Assembly (NCBI GenBank): GCA_965237415.1
Contig: CBDEFM010000002.1
Location: 800,001-864,000, forward strand
DNA: 64,000 nucleotides
DNA from: Alphaproteobacteria bacterium
GTDB taxonomy: Bacteria; Pseudomonadota; Alphaproteobacteria; UBA828
Direction of reading: 5' to 3'
Shown here: piece after piece, positions 44,587 through 54,113 of the stretch
Numbering within the stretch: position 1 is the stretch's first letter
How the letters are laid out: the number at the start of each line of letters is the position of its first letter
The notes under the pieces: model-generated
Told to the model about the DNA's origin: nothing
What the model saw: only the letters and a program-made list of their open reading frames with translations
Database searches by the model: none
Made by a program: the position numbers and the translations under genes

Positions 44587-44811
44587 ATGGCCGACATCAC
44601 CTTCAGGCGCATCGACCGCGACGAATGGCGCGTCTACCAGGATGGAGACATCCTGGGCGACGTCTGCCGCGTCGCCGACATCCTCCACGAGGGCCAGCAC
44701 TACTTCGTGGTGCACCTGAGCGAAGACGTTCGCGGCCCGGTGCGGGTCCACGACCGCGCGCGCGTCCGCGACATCACCCGCCGACTCGTCGACACGCATC
44801 CCCTGTGGTGA
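44587..44811 (+). CDS. Small hypothetical protein
   Basis: GGAGG RBS, protein-like composition (HLSED.RGP). Confidence 0.7.
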   Translation: MADITFRRIDRDEWRVYQDGDILGDVCRVADILHEGQHYFVVHLSEDVRGPVRVHDRARVRDITRRLVDTHPLW

Positions 44812-45419
44812 GCCGTCTGAACCGCCTTGCGGCGGTCGCGGCCCCGGCCGCGAAGCGGCTGCCGCCGCTTGGGGGGATTGAATGGACTGCTCCACGTCGT
44901 GAAGTCCGATCGTGCCACACGTGCTCGCTACAGCAACCCTGCGGGTCCTCCGCTCCGCTACGGCCTGGCCCAAGAAGCTCTAGGGCGGGCCGTGAAAGTC
45001 GCCGACCGAGAAGTTGGGCTTACGCGAACTCTCCGGCACCTCGCGTGTGGCGCGCCGGCCCCTGAAGCGCGGGGCCGCCGCCTCGGCCCGGCGCTCCCTG
45101 GAGCCCGGCACGCGGCAAGCAGCACCCAGCGCCATACCAGGCTGCGCCGTCGTGCATCCCTCCAACGACCCAGTCCTTGGCGGGTGCTACTCACCGCGCA
45201 CCTCAAATGCCAACTGGAAACCAGTCCAATCTCGACGACCCCGCGCCGGGCCTCCCCTCGCTGCACGACGCCCAACTTCCGCACCAAGATCGGCGACTTT
45301 CCGCACCAACCCCCGCCCAAGAGCTTCTAAGGCCAGGTGCTTCCGCTGCGCGCGCGTGTCCCGAAAGGACATCACGACGGGGCACAGGGTCCCGGAGGAT
45401 GACAGACAAGGAGATCGTC

Positions 45420-46337
45420 ATGATCGACACCACCGCAACCCAGACCGCATCGCCCACCGCCGCCGTCTGCGAGAGCCTCGCCCTCTTCGGCGCAAGCCCG
45501 GAGCGCGGCGAGCTCGACAGCCGCGAGGTCTGGGACGAGGACGACGCCATCGACGCCCTCGGCGAGGCCATCCGCGTCATCGTGGACGGCGTCACCGTCG
45601 AGGGGACGCAGCTCGCCGACGAGCGCGAGGCCCTGATGTGGGGCTTCGTGAACATGCTGCACTCGCAGGTCGCCCGCCTCGACCGCACCGTCGACCGGAT
45701 CGTGCCGGAGATGCGCGACCTCGAACGCGCCCAGGACGGCACCGAGGTGAAGACGTGGGAGTTGCAGCTCCAGACCGACCGGGCACACAACCTCGGCGAC
45801 CGTAGGGACGCGTTCGAGAAGATGCGCGATACCGCCGCCGAAGCCTACCGCGTCCACACCGGCGATGTCTGGCGCCCGCGCCACGGATCGCACGCCAGCC
45901 AGACCGGCAAGCTCACCTCGGCCGCCATCGACGCCCGGGACTTCCAGCGCGCACGGAAGGACCGCGAGACCCGGGCGCACCTGCCGGAGGGAACCCTGGT
46001 GGCCATCACCGGCGGCAAGCAGGTCATGGATGCGGACTCGGTCTGGACCACGCTCGACCGGGCGCGCGAGAAGTACGGCGACATGGTTCTGCTGCACGGC
46101 GGCGGTCCCGGCATCGAGAAGATCGCGGCGAGCTGGGCGGAGGCGCGCGGCGTCGATCAGGTCGTCTGCCGCCCGGACTGGAACGCCCACGGCAAGGCCG
46201 CCCCCTTCCGGCGCAACGACGAGCTGCTGAACCTGCTCCCGAAGGGCGTCATCGCCTTCCCCGGCTCAGGCATCACCGGGAACCTCGTCGACAAGGCCCG
46301 CCAGCTCGGCATCCCGGTCATGAACGTCGCTGCGTGA
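45420..46337 (+). CDS. DUF2493 (SLOG/YspA-like) domain protein
   Basis: Helical N-terminus, then VAITGG, LLHGG.PG.E.IAA.WA, PDW..HGKAAPFRRN.ELL, IAFPGSGIT.NL.DKAR; RBS AAGGAG. Confidence 0.85.
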   Translation: MIDTTATQTASPTAAVCESLALFGASPERGELDSREVWDEDDAIDALGEAIRVIVDGVTVEGTQLADEREALMWGFVNMLHSQVARLDRTVDRIVPEMRDLERAQDGTEVKTWELQLQTDRAHNLGDRRDAFEKMRDTAAEAYRVHTGDVWRPRHGSHASQTGKLTSAAIDARDFQRARKDRETRAHLPEGTLVAITGGKQVMDADSVWTTLDRAREKYGDMVLLHGGGPGIEKIAASWAEARGVDQVVCRPDWNAHGKAAPFRRNDELLNLLPKGVIAFPGSGITGNLVDKARQLGIPVMNVAA

Positions 46338-46361
46338 GGACGGCGCTTCCGTCACCCGCCA

Positions 46362-46403
46362 GGGCCGGTTCCTCGCTTCGGCGAGGGATCGGCCCCTTTT
46401 TTT
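46362..46403 (+). terminator. Rho-independent terminator
   Basis: GGGCCGGTTCCTCGC-TTCG-GCGAGGGATCGGCCC followed by a T7 tract. Confidence 0.8.
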
Positions 46404-46426
46404 GCGCCGTGCCCGGTGTCGCGCTT

Positions 46427-47060
46427 CGCGGCGCGGCGCTTCGCGCCGGCGCCGCGCGCGCTCCCGGCACCGCCACCGTGCCCCACGCCGCCAATGCGGC
46501 CTCGCGTCCGGCTCGGCGCTGGCGCGCCGTCGCCGGTCGCTCGCGACTCCCTTCTTCCGCGATCCCTATCCGAGGACGCTACCTTCCCTGTCATTCCCAG
46601 CTGAATCCGCATGGTCCGTTGACGATGATGGCGGATGAGGATCCGATATCGCCCTCCGTCCCACCGGCATGATCGGGGCGCCCGCCCGGTCCAGGGACCG
46701 GGCGCCGGGCTCTATTCCGCCGGGCGCGGCTTCGCCCCGCCCGGCTCCACGAAGCCCGCTGACGCGGTCTTCGCCCTTCGGGTGACGATCCCTGTCGCCT
46801 TCGCTCGCGTTGCTCGCTGCGCGCTTCGCTTGCGGGTGCATGCGGCCAGACCCGTGGCCCTCCGCCGCCGTGGCTCGGTCGCTCCGCTCCCTTCGCCGGC
46901 GGCTCTCTCCCCCCGTGCAAACGCGCATCGCGGCGCGTCGCTTCGCTCCGCCGCCGCCCGCGCTCATATCGACCGCTCGTTTCGACGCCTGCGACCGCGC
47001 CTCGCGTCCGGCTCGGCGCTAACGCGCCATCGCAGGACGCTCGCGGCCCCTCCCCACTCT
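46427..47060. repeat. Two imperfect ~130-bp direct repeats about 500 bp apart
   Basis: Exact 22-mer GCCTCGCGTCCGGCTCGGCGCT at 46499-46520 and 46999-47020, with similar flanks. Confidence 0.75.
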
Positions 47061-47151
47061 CAATGCTGTCCACCGCAAAACCGATCGCCGCTCTTCGAGC
47101 GACGCTTCGCCGCCTGTCGCCCGGCGCTCCGCGCCTTCGCTCCAGCCGCTC

Positions 47152-47454
47152 TCAGAACGGATCCTTGCCTTCCTCCGTCCCCGCCGCCTGCGCCACGGAC
47201 TTCGCCTTTCTGCCCGGCAGCTCTCCCTTGTCGAGGAAGGTCTTGAGGCTCCGCTCCCCGATCTCGATACCTCGTGCTTTCAGCACTTCGTGTATCTGCG
47301 CCACGGTCACGCCCTTGGCCCGTTGCTCGAGCATCCGCTCTCGCAAGCGGTCCAGGACGTCCTTCAGCGACAGCTTCGGAGGCGCCAGCTTCGCCAGATC
47401 GCCGTCGATCGCCTCGAAGTCGACATCCGCTTCGTTGAAGCGTCTCGCCACCAT
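47152..47454 (-). CDS. Small HTH protein divergent from the relaxase, probable relaxosome accessory (MobC-like)
   Basis: GGAGGAGG RBS; R.KGVT..QI.EVL..RGIEI...SLKT.L helix-turn-helix; position opposite the relaxase. Confidence 0.65.
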   Translation of the reverse strand: MVARRFNEADVDFEAIDGDLAKLAPPKLSLKDVLDRLRERMLEQRAKGVTVAQIHEVLKARGIEIGERSLKTFLDKGELPGRKAKSVAQAAGTEEGKDPF

Positions 47455-47594
47455 GCCCGTATCCTCCTCCAATTCCTGCAATTCCGGACGGTTCCACATG
47501 ATCGACCTGCGGCCCCACCGTGTCAACGGCACACGCGTTTCGGACCCCGATTCGCGCCCCACGGTCTACAATTTTCCCTTGTCCCTGCCGTGGC

Positions 47595-47690
47595 CGCCCG
47601 CGTATTATATATATGCGCTCATCGAGAACCGTCTACGTGGTCGTTTTTCTTCTCACACCTATGCACTAAAGTGCGAGTTGCCGAGAAGTA
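47595..47690. other. Candidate origin of transfer (oriT)
   Basis: AT-rich region between the accessory gene and the relaxase, with inverted repeats GCGTAT-TATAT-ATATGC and GCACT-AA-AGTGC. Nick site not identified. Confidence 0.45.
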
Positions 47691-47840
47691 TAGCGGATGG
47701 TACAGTCAGCTATTGGCGGATGTCACGATCCCAATGTGTAGCGATGCGAGATCTATGAAGATTCCTCCTTCAGCAGTCGCAGCTGAAGCTTCGCGTGCGA
47801 GTACGGTCGCCGCGCGTCGTCCGGGCAGGGACACCGCACC

Positions 47841-50800
47841 ATGGTAGCCACCCTCGCCCAGGCGGCCTCGGCCGCGTACTACCTGGAGAGCCAGCGCTCG
47901 TTCCGCCATCCCAACGAGTACTACACGGCGGGCGAGGAGCCGGACGGGGTGTGGTTCAACCCCAAGGGACTGCTCGGCCTCGAGAACGGCGGCAAGGTCG
48001 ACAGCAGCGACTTCCACCGGCTCTATCACGGCTTCGCGCCGGACGGCTCCAGCAGACTCACCAGGAACGCCGGCAGCGACCAGCGCTCTCCGGGCGTGGA
48101 CATGACCTTCTCGGCCGACAAGAGCGTGTCCGCGCTCTGGGCCATCGCCGATCCCGCGCTCCGGGCCCGGATCGAGGAAGCCCACAACGACGCCGCCCGG
48201 GTGGCGCTGGAAGAGACGGTGTTCCGCTACTGCGCGTATACGCGGATCCGGGACAGGGAGGGGCGGATCAGGGCCCTGCCTGCCGATATCTCGGTGGCGA
48301 TGTTCCAGCACGGCACCAGCCGGGAGAACGATCCGCAGCTTCATACCCACTGCGTCATCTTCAATGCAGCCCTTACCCGCGAGGACGGCAAGTGGCGGGC
48401 CATGCACCAGTACCCGGTCTACAGCTGGGCCAAGGCCGCGGGCGCGGTCTACCGCAATGCCCTGGCCTGGAACCTCCGCGAGAGCCTGGGCATCCGCATG
48501 GAGCAGTACGGTCCCGATGGCGGGCTCACCCGCATCGAGGGCATGCCGGAGGACCTGCAGGTCTTCTGGTCGAAGCGGCGGAAGGCGATCGTCGCCAAGG
48601 CCGGAGAGCTGGGCATTCCGTCGCTCGGCAACGCCTCGCGCATGGCCGGCGTCAACAAGCTGACGCGGGCGGGCAAGTCGCACGACAACGACCCGGAGGT
48701 GCGACACCGGCGCTGGCACGAAGAGGCCGAAGGCTTCGCCGAGCGCGAGGAGCTGATCGCCTCCGTGACAGGGCATGAAGTGAAGACCACGCGGGAGGCG
48801 ATCCGGGAGCTGACTGGCCGGCTGGACGATCTTCCCGCCCACCTTGCCCGGCAAGAAGCCGTGTTCCGCCGCCCGGACATGGTGGAGGCGGCGGCCAATG
48901 CTGCGGCAGGCCTGATCGGCCCTGAAGCCTTGAGAACCGCCATCGAGCGGCTTCGACGCAACCCCGAGATCGAGCGACTGGAGCCGAAGAAGCCGACAGC
49001 GGAGTCGCTCGCGGGAATGGCCCATACCGAGATCTATTCCACCCGCCACAATCTCGGGCTGGAGCAGGCGGTCAAGGACATGGCAGAAGCCATGGCCGCC
49101 GATACCGGCCACGGGCTGCCTGAAGGGGCGGTCGAGGAGAAGGTGGAGACGCTGCTGGAGCAGGGCTATCCGCTGAGCCAGGAGCAGTCGCTGGCGATCC
49201 GCCATGCCACCCTGAAGGGCGGACGTGTTGCGGTGATCGAGGGCGCGGCGGGCTCGGGCAAGACCACCACGCTCAGGCCCATCACCGACCTGCACAAGGA
49301 GCACGGCTACGAGATCGTGCCGACCGCCGTCGCCTGGCGCACGGCGGTGGCGCTGGGAGACGACTGCGACGCACGCGCCTACTGCGTCGACAAGCTTCTC
49401 AAGCTGGCCGCCAAGGAGCAGGTCGAGATCGGCCACAAGACCCTGATCGTGGTGGACGAGGCGGGGATGCTATCGACGCGGCAGGCCCATCACATCCTTC
49501 AGCTCTCCGAGCGCCACGGGGCCAAGGTCGTGTTCGCCGGCGACACCCGGCAACAGCAGCCGGTGGAGGCAGGTCCGGGGCTGAGGCTGATCCGCGACGT
49601 CGCCGGCAGCGTCCGCGTCGACCGCATCAGGCGCCAGAAGGCGGACCTGGAAGACGTGCTGGTCCATGTCCACAAGGAGACGACCGAGCAGGCCCGATTC
49701 CGGGCCGGGCTTACGAACCCTCAGGAGCACGACGCGATCCTCGCGGACTACGAGGCGATGGAGAGAAAGCCGGTATTCACGCCGTGGCAGGTGGCGGTCT
49801 CGGAAGCCTTGAGGGACGGGGAGGCGGAGAAGGCCATCGAGGCGTGGCATCTGCGCAACCGGCTCCATCTCTGCCACGACGAGGAGAAGACGCTCACCCG
49901 TCTGGTGGATGACTGGGAGCGCCATGTGCGCACACACCCCGACACATCTACCGTCGTGCTCGCGCGCACGAAGGCCGAGGGACGGGCGCTGTCGTGGCTG
50001 ATGCGGCAGCGCGTGCTTGCGCGGACCTCCGACGCGAAGCGCGCCGTCATCGAGGTGAGCCGAGACCTGGACGGGCGGCTGACGGAGCCGCTGGAGATCG
50101 CGGTGGGCGACCGCATCCGCATCGGCGCCACGCAGTGGGAGAAGCAGCTCTTTAACGGCACAGTGGTCACGATAGAGGACCTGGAGGTCCGGCCCGCGGG
50201 TGATACCGCGGTCACGCGCAAGGCCCGCAATAGGACCGCGGCAGGGCGGCAGCCGGACGCGGACCGGTCCGAGCCTGAGTTTTGCGTCCACATCACCGCA
50301 CGTACCGACGACGGGCGGCGCGTGATCTTCCGCCATGACGAGATCCGTGACTGGCACGACAACATCCGCCTGGACTACGGCTATGCCATGACCATCGCGT
50401 CGGCCCAGGGCCTGACCGTCGACCGGGCGTTCCTTCTCGCAGACGACCGCCCGGCGCGGGAGACGATCTATCCCGCCGCCACCCGGCACCGCGAAGGCCT
50501 GGACGTCTACGTCAACCGGTCTCCCATCGTCTTCGACATCGCGGACAGCCGTCCCGAGGACGAGGCGGAGCGGCCGGTGCTGGACAGCGATATCCGTGGG
50601 TATCTGGCCGAGCGCTGGTCCCGCTCGCAGCCCAAGGAGGCGGCGCTCGATTACGTCTCCGACGGTATGTGGCGCGATGCGAGGGAGAGTGCACGGGCCG
50701 GCATCGCAACTCGCGCAGCCAGACCGGCCGCCATAAGGCATGGCGGTCCCGGGGATGAACAGCGAGAAGCGTCCGAGGCACAGGCGGCGGCGAACGACAA

Positions 50801-51974
50801 CGCGATCGTGCGCATCGCTCAGGAAATCCGTCACGCGGTCAACGGCTGGCGCCACGGAGTCGCCGTGGACGCGTTCGCGGCGGAGCGCGCGCAAGTGCTG
50901 GCCGCCTGGGACGAGCTGCGCGAGCGGACGCGCAACGAGGGCGACGCGGTGGCGCTGAGCCCCGCATTCCGCGAGACCCTCGACCGGCACGGCGCGCTCA
51001 TGAAGCAGGCCGCATCCTTCCGCCGTCGTCCGCAGGTGTTCGAGCGGCTGCTGGCCGAGCGCGCCGGGATCGGCGAAGGCGAGATCGAGCAACTCGGAGA
51101 CGAGCATGCCCGTGCCGGCAGGTATCTCAGGTCCGTCAAGGCCAGGACGTCACACGCAGCACGGCAGGAAGCACCGCACGAAGAGCCGGGGATCCTCGAG
51201 GCCATCGCAGCCGAAGCCGCCGCTCCCTCCGCCGGGCCCGCTCCCGAACGGCACGCTCCGTCCCGGACCGTGGAAGAGCTTGCCCCCGGCCCGGAGCGGG
51301 ATACCCGTCCTGACTGGAACACGCTCTACAAGGAGCTGCAACGGGACTGGAACGATCTCGTCGCACGCTCAGAAGAGCCCGATCTTCCGCTACTCCTGAT
51401 GGACGGGTACGACGCACTGATCCACCGCGTCCGCGCCCTCTTCGATCATCCCGACCTGTCCGAGAGGGCACATAGCGTGCTCGACCAGCTCCTCGACTAC
51501 CATGACGAGGAGACCGAGACCCGCCAGACCGCCGAGGGCTATCTGGCTTTGGCGGAGCGTCATGTCGAGGCGTACAAGGCCCTTGAGCGGCAGGCCAGCG
51601 AGCGCGGCATTCCCGTTGTCCGCCTCGACGCCTGGCCTGAATGGCGCGAGGCTGCCGTGATGCTGGCAGCCACTGGCAAGGCCATCCTCTCCAATGATGA
51701 GAACTATGGCGCCTATCTCGACGCCATCACGATTGGCAAGGCCCGTGCACGACTTACGGTCGAGCAGCTGACCAACCGGCTTCGCGAGAACCGCACCCGC
51801 ACACCAAGGCCGGAGGTACGACAGCCCCGGCGCGAGCCGACGCCCAAGCAGGAGCAGGGCTTCGCTCATTTTCTCGATGACCGCGAGCAGCTCAGAGAAC
51901 TACGTGATAAGGCCGAACAGCGCGACCGCAACCGCAGTAGGCACCTCCGGAGGAGCCGAGGCCTAAGCCTGTGA
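47841..51974 (+). CDS. MOB-F (TrwC-type) relaxase fused to a RecD-like helicase
   Basis: Two Tyr pairs (AAYY, EYY), DMTFSADKSVS, HUH motif HGTSRENDPQLHTH, WSKRR..I; helicase motifs GAAGSGKTT, VVDEAGM, GDTRQ, GYAMTIASAQGLTVD. Confidence 0.95.
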   Translation: MVATLAQAASAAYYLESQRSFRHPNEYYTAGEEPDGVWFNPKGLLGLENGGKVDSSDFHRLYHGFAPDGSSRLTRNAGSDQRSPGVDMTFSADKSVSALWAIADPALRARIEEAHNDAARVALEETVFRYCAYTRIRDREGRIRALPADISVAMFQHGTSRENDPQLHTHCVIFNAALTREDGKWRAMHQYPVYSWAKAAGAVYRNALAWNLRESLGIRMEQYGPDGGLTRIEGMPEDLQVFWSKRRKAIVAKAGELGIPSLGNASRMAGVNKLTRAGKSHDNDPEVRHRRWHEEAEGFAEREELIASVTGHEVKTTREAIRELTGRLDDLPAHLARQEAVFRRPDMVEAAANAAAGLIGPEALRTAIERLRRNPEIERLEPKKPTAESLAGMAHTEIYSTRHNLGLEQAVKDMAEAMAADTGHGLPEGAVEEKVETLLEQGYPLSQEQSLAIRHATLKGGRVAVIEGAAGSGKTTTLRPITDLHKEHGYEIVPTAVAWRTAVALGDDCDARAYCVDKLLKLAAKEQVEIGHKTLIVVDEAGMLSTRQAHHILQLSERHGAKVVFAGDTRQQQPVEAGPGLRLIRDVAGSVRVDRIRRQKADLEDVLVHVHKETTEQARFRAGLTNPQEHDAILADYEAMERKPVFTPWQVAVSEALRDGEAEKAIEAWHLRNRLHLCHDEEKTLTRLVDDWERHVRTHPDTSTVVLARTKAEGRALSWLMRQRVLARTSDAKRAVIEVSRDLDGRLTEPLEIAVGDRIRIGATQWEKQLFNGTVVTIEDLEVRPAGDTAVTRKARNRTAAGRQPDADRSEPEFCVHITARTDDGRRVIFRHDEIRDWHDNIRLDYGYAMTIASAQGLTVDRAFLLADDRPARETIYPAATRHREGLDVYVNRSPIVFDIADSRPEDEAERPVLDSDIRGYLAERWSRSQPKEAALDYVSDGMWRDARESARAGIATRAARPAAIRHGGPGDEQREASEAQAAANDNAIVRIAQEIRHAVNGWRHGVAVDAFAAERAQVLAAWDELRERTRNEGDAVALSPAFRETLDRHGALMKQAASFRRRPQVFERLLAERAGIGEGEIEQLGDEHARAGRYLRSVKARTSHAARQEAPHEEPGILEAIAAEAAAPSAGPAPERHAPSRTVEELAPGPERDTRPDWNTLYKELQRDWNDLVARSEEPDLPLLLMDGYDALIHRVRALFDHPDLSERAHSVLDQLLDYHDEETETRQTAEGYLALAERHVEAYKALERQASERGIPVVRLDAWPEWREAAVMLAATGKAILSNDENYGAYLDAITIGKARARLTVEQLTNRLRENRTRTPRPEVRQPRREPTPKQEQGFAHFLDDREQLRELRDKAEQRDRNRSRHLRRSRGLSL

Positions 51975-52211
51975 CTCGTCAGATTCGTTTTCCGCCACCT
52001 CTACCGAACTGTCTGACAGCGCTTCCTCAATCCGCCGCCCTACGCTTCGCCTATACATCCCACGCTGCGGTTTCTAAAGATCGGAACACTAAATTAACGA
52101 TTGCTACTTCTTCCCGACCACGACGTCCTCTAGTACAGGGTTCGATGCAGTACTGGCCGCCGCTCCGCTTTTCGATCCGATAATACCAAGCCGACCCCTC
52201 TAACCTGCATG

Positions 52212-53117
52212 TTAATCGCGATTTCTAAATCTATCCATACACGCGCAAACTAACAGGACTGCCAAATATGGCACTGCCTTGCTAATTTCCTGCACCGGAT
52301 CAGATACAGACTCTCCGGAGTTGATTTCAAACACAAGGCTGCCAATGCCCTGCTTTGCTTCTACTGAAACGTACAGATCCATGGCATATGTTCCTAGCAT
52401 TGCCAATAGAGTAATCGCAAAGACCCGTCTCCAGAAAAAAGCCGGGTTATGCAACAAAGTGAATACAAAAGTAAGCAAACCAACACCACCCGACACCAAC
52501 AATCGTGCTGAGGACGTCCATTCCAGTGGACCCAACGAGAACCAACTTATCACTGCTCCAATCAACGCAACTCCTAATGACATACATAACCAAACTAGAG
52601 ACGTGTTTTGTCTCGCAATCTCACCAGCCACAATCCTTTCTCTGTGACGAGCGGACATTTCTACTTGGAGCAGATCTTGAAAACGAACACTAGCAGCCCT
52701 AATCCTATTGAAGTCCGTCGCCGAGACCCGCAACGCCGCGACCTCTCCACTCCGCGCTATAACCGTTGCTGACCGCTTTTTTCCCAGTTCAATGGCAGCC
52801 ATCTCACCGACTTGATTAGGTGCTTCTCGCCTTGTTCTGTTTCCCGATTTAAAAACAACATCTACTTCTCCCGACAACAGAAACAAAACAACATTATCTT
52901 GCTCTCCCCGTCGAATAATTCTATCCCCCCTTTGGAAAAATACTGTTTCGCCTACGCCCATCAGACGACTAACAATTGTTTGGTCTCCGTTCACGGCAGG
53001 GTTTGTCGACAGCGTGTCGGCAATTCGAGCGTATCCGCTATTTCCCGCAAACGTGCCACGTAGCGTGGTCTCTGGGCCGAGGCCTATTGCCCGGCGTAAT
53101 TTCGCCGCCCAATACAT
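52212..53117 (-). CDS. Cyclic-nucleotide-binding domain plus ~4 TM helices, putative cNMP-activated membrane effector
   Basis: F..G..II..GE.DN...FLLSGEVDV...VGEMAAIE..KRSATVIA (CNBD phosphate-binding cassette), followed by four hydrophobic segments. Confidence 0.85.
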   Translation of the reverse strand: MYWAAKLRRAIGLGPETTLRGTFAGNSGYARIADTLSTNPAVNGDQTIVSRLMGVGETVFFQRGDRIIRRGEQDNVVLFLLSGEVDVVFKSGNRTRREAPNQVGEMAAIELGKKRSATVIARSGEVAALRVSATDFNRIRAASVRFQDLLQVEMSARHRERIVAGEIARQNTSLVWLCMSLGVALIGAVISWFSLGPLEWTSSARLLVSGGVGLLTFVFTLLHNPAFFWRRVFAITLLAMLGTYAMDLYVSVEAKQGIGSLVFEINSGESVSDPVQEISKAVPYLAVLLVCACMDRFRNRD

Positions 53118-53974
53118 TTTTCTACCTCGTCGATGTTTTCAATGTGCAGCAGAAAACTGCTGCTGTTTCTTATTTTTCCGTCTTGTGTCTTGCGAGGATC
53201 GAATCCATAATGACGAAGATAATAGAACAGCATCGCTTGCCGTACACTAAGTCGCAGATGGCCGTTGGTCATTCCGTACTCAAATTCAAGCCGCTCTTTC
53301 TTGTGTTGATCAATTGCGGGATCGACCTTGAGAATCACGTCCACGTTGTTGTGCCAAGCCGTATCTACTGGGATCTCGCAGGCCGGCTTATCTCGCAGTT
53401 CTGTCCGCTCGATTCGCGACAAAACAAAATCGGAATAGCGCGTCCGCTCGAGGTCGTAAGCTCGCATGTGCCATCTGTGACCATCGCTGGCGATGGCGTG
53501 TGGTAACAACATCCGGAATCCTGTACTTCCCGAGCTCAAGGATATGTAGCGCGCATGCAAACAGATTCGGGAGCGCATGCTTTGCAGCACATGCATGAGG
53601 ACACGAGAAGATATTTTGCGCGATTGGGCCGAGACCGCGTCGAAGACCGGAATCGACTTAGCCCAGATCTCTCCTTCCCGACGGTAGCCACAGCTCAAAA
53701 TGTCTAGATGCATTAGATATTCGAAGGCCTCTCCCGTTATAAGAACCGGGCGAAACTTAGAAGTGGGTACGTATGCTTTCTGCCTGGGATCGTAAAGCAT
53801 ATTGTCCGGACAAGCATCCATATAGCTGGTGAGATCGATTGTGGCCTGCTGCAAAGAGATCGAAAATTGATCCTGCAGCTTCTTGCGCCCCACTGACCCC
53901 TCCCAGTGGAGTTGAAACTCGATGAACTCGAAACGTCTACGTATGCTTACCTTCAGATCCTGCAATTCCGACAT
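53084..53974 (-). CDS. WYL-domain transcriptional regulator (CapW/BrxR-like)
   Basis: wHTH (RR.EFIEFQL.WEG.V.R..L...F.IS.QQA..D...Y), WYL (Y.SLS......R.L.PHA...DG.RWH.RAY....Y.DFVLSRI), DTAW, C-terminal YGM..G.L.L.VR.AM..Y.L. Confidence 0.92.
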   Translation of the reverse strand: MSELQDLKVSIRRRFEFIEFQLHWEGSVGRKKLQDQFSISLQQATIDLTSYMDACPDNMLYDPRQKAYVPTSKFRPVLITGEAFEYLMHLDILSCGYRREGEIWAKSIPVFDAVSAQSRKISSRVLMHVLQSMRSRICLHARYISLSSGSTGFRMLLPHAIASDGHRWHMRAYDLERTRYSDFVLSRIERTELRDKPACEIPVDTAWHNNVDVILKVDPAIDQHKKERLEFEYGMTNGHLRLSVRQAMLFYYLRHYGFDPRKTQDGKIRNSSSFLLHIENIDEVEKCIGRRNYAGQ

Positions 53975-54002
53975 CTCGTGTCACCCCAGCACGTCCTCCG
54001 CT

Positions 54003-54041
54003 TTTATAGCATATTGACATTTTCTAGAAAAGCTTTATTAT
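54003..54041. promoter_or_regulatory. Back-to-back divergent sigma70 promoters with a central palindrome (candidate WYL operator)
   Basis: Plus strand TTGACA (54014-54019), N16, TATTAT (54036-54041). Minus strand TGcTATAAA (54003-54011). Palindrome TTTTCTAGAAAA at 54020-54031. Confidence 0.65.
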
Positions 54042-54113
54042 ATGGAAGGATTGGGCGTGCCGTGCGCTGCAACCGTATCACGGGGCGCGTACTGATGTTG
54101 AAAGGAGTAAGCA

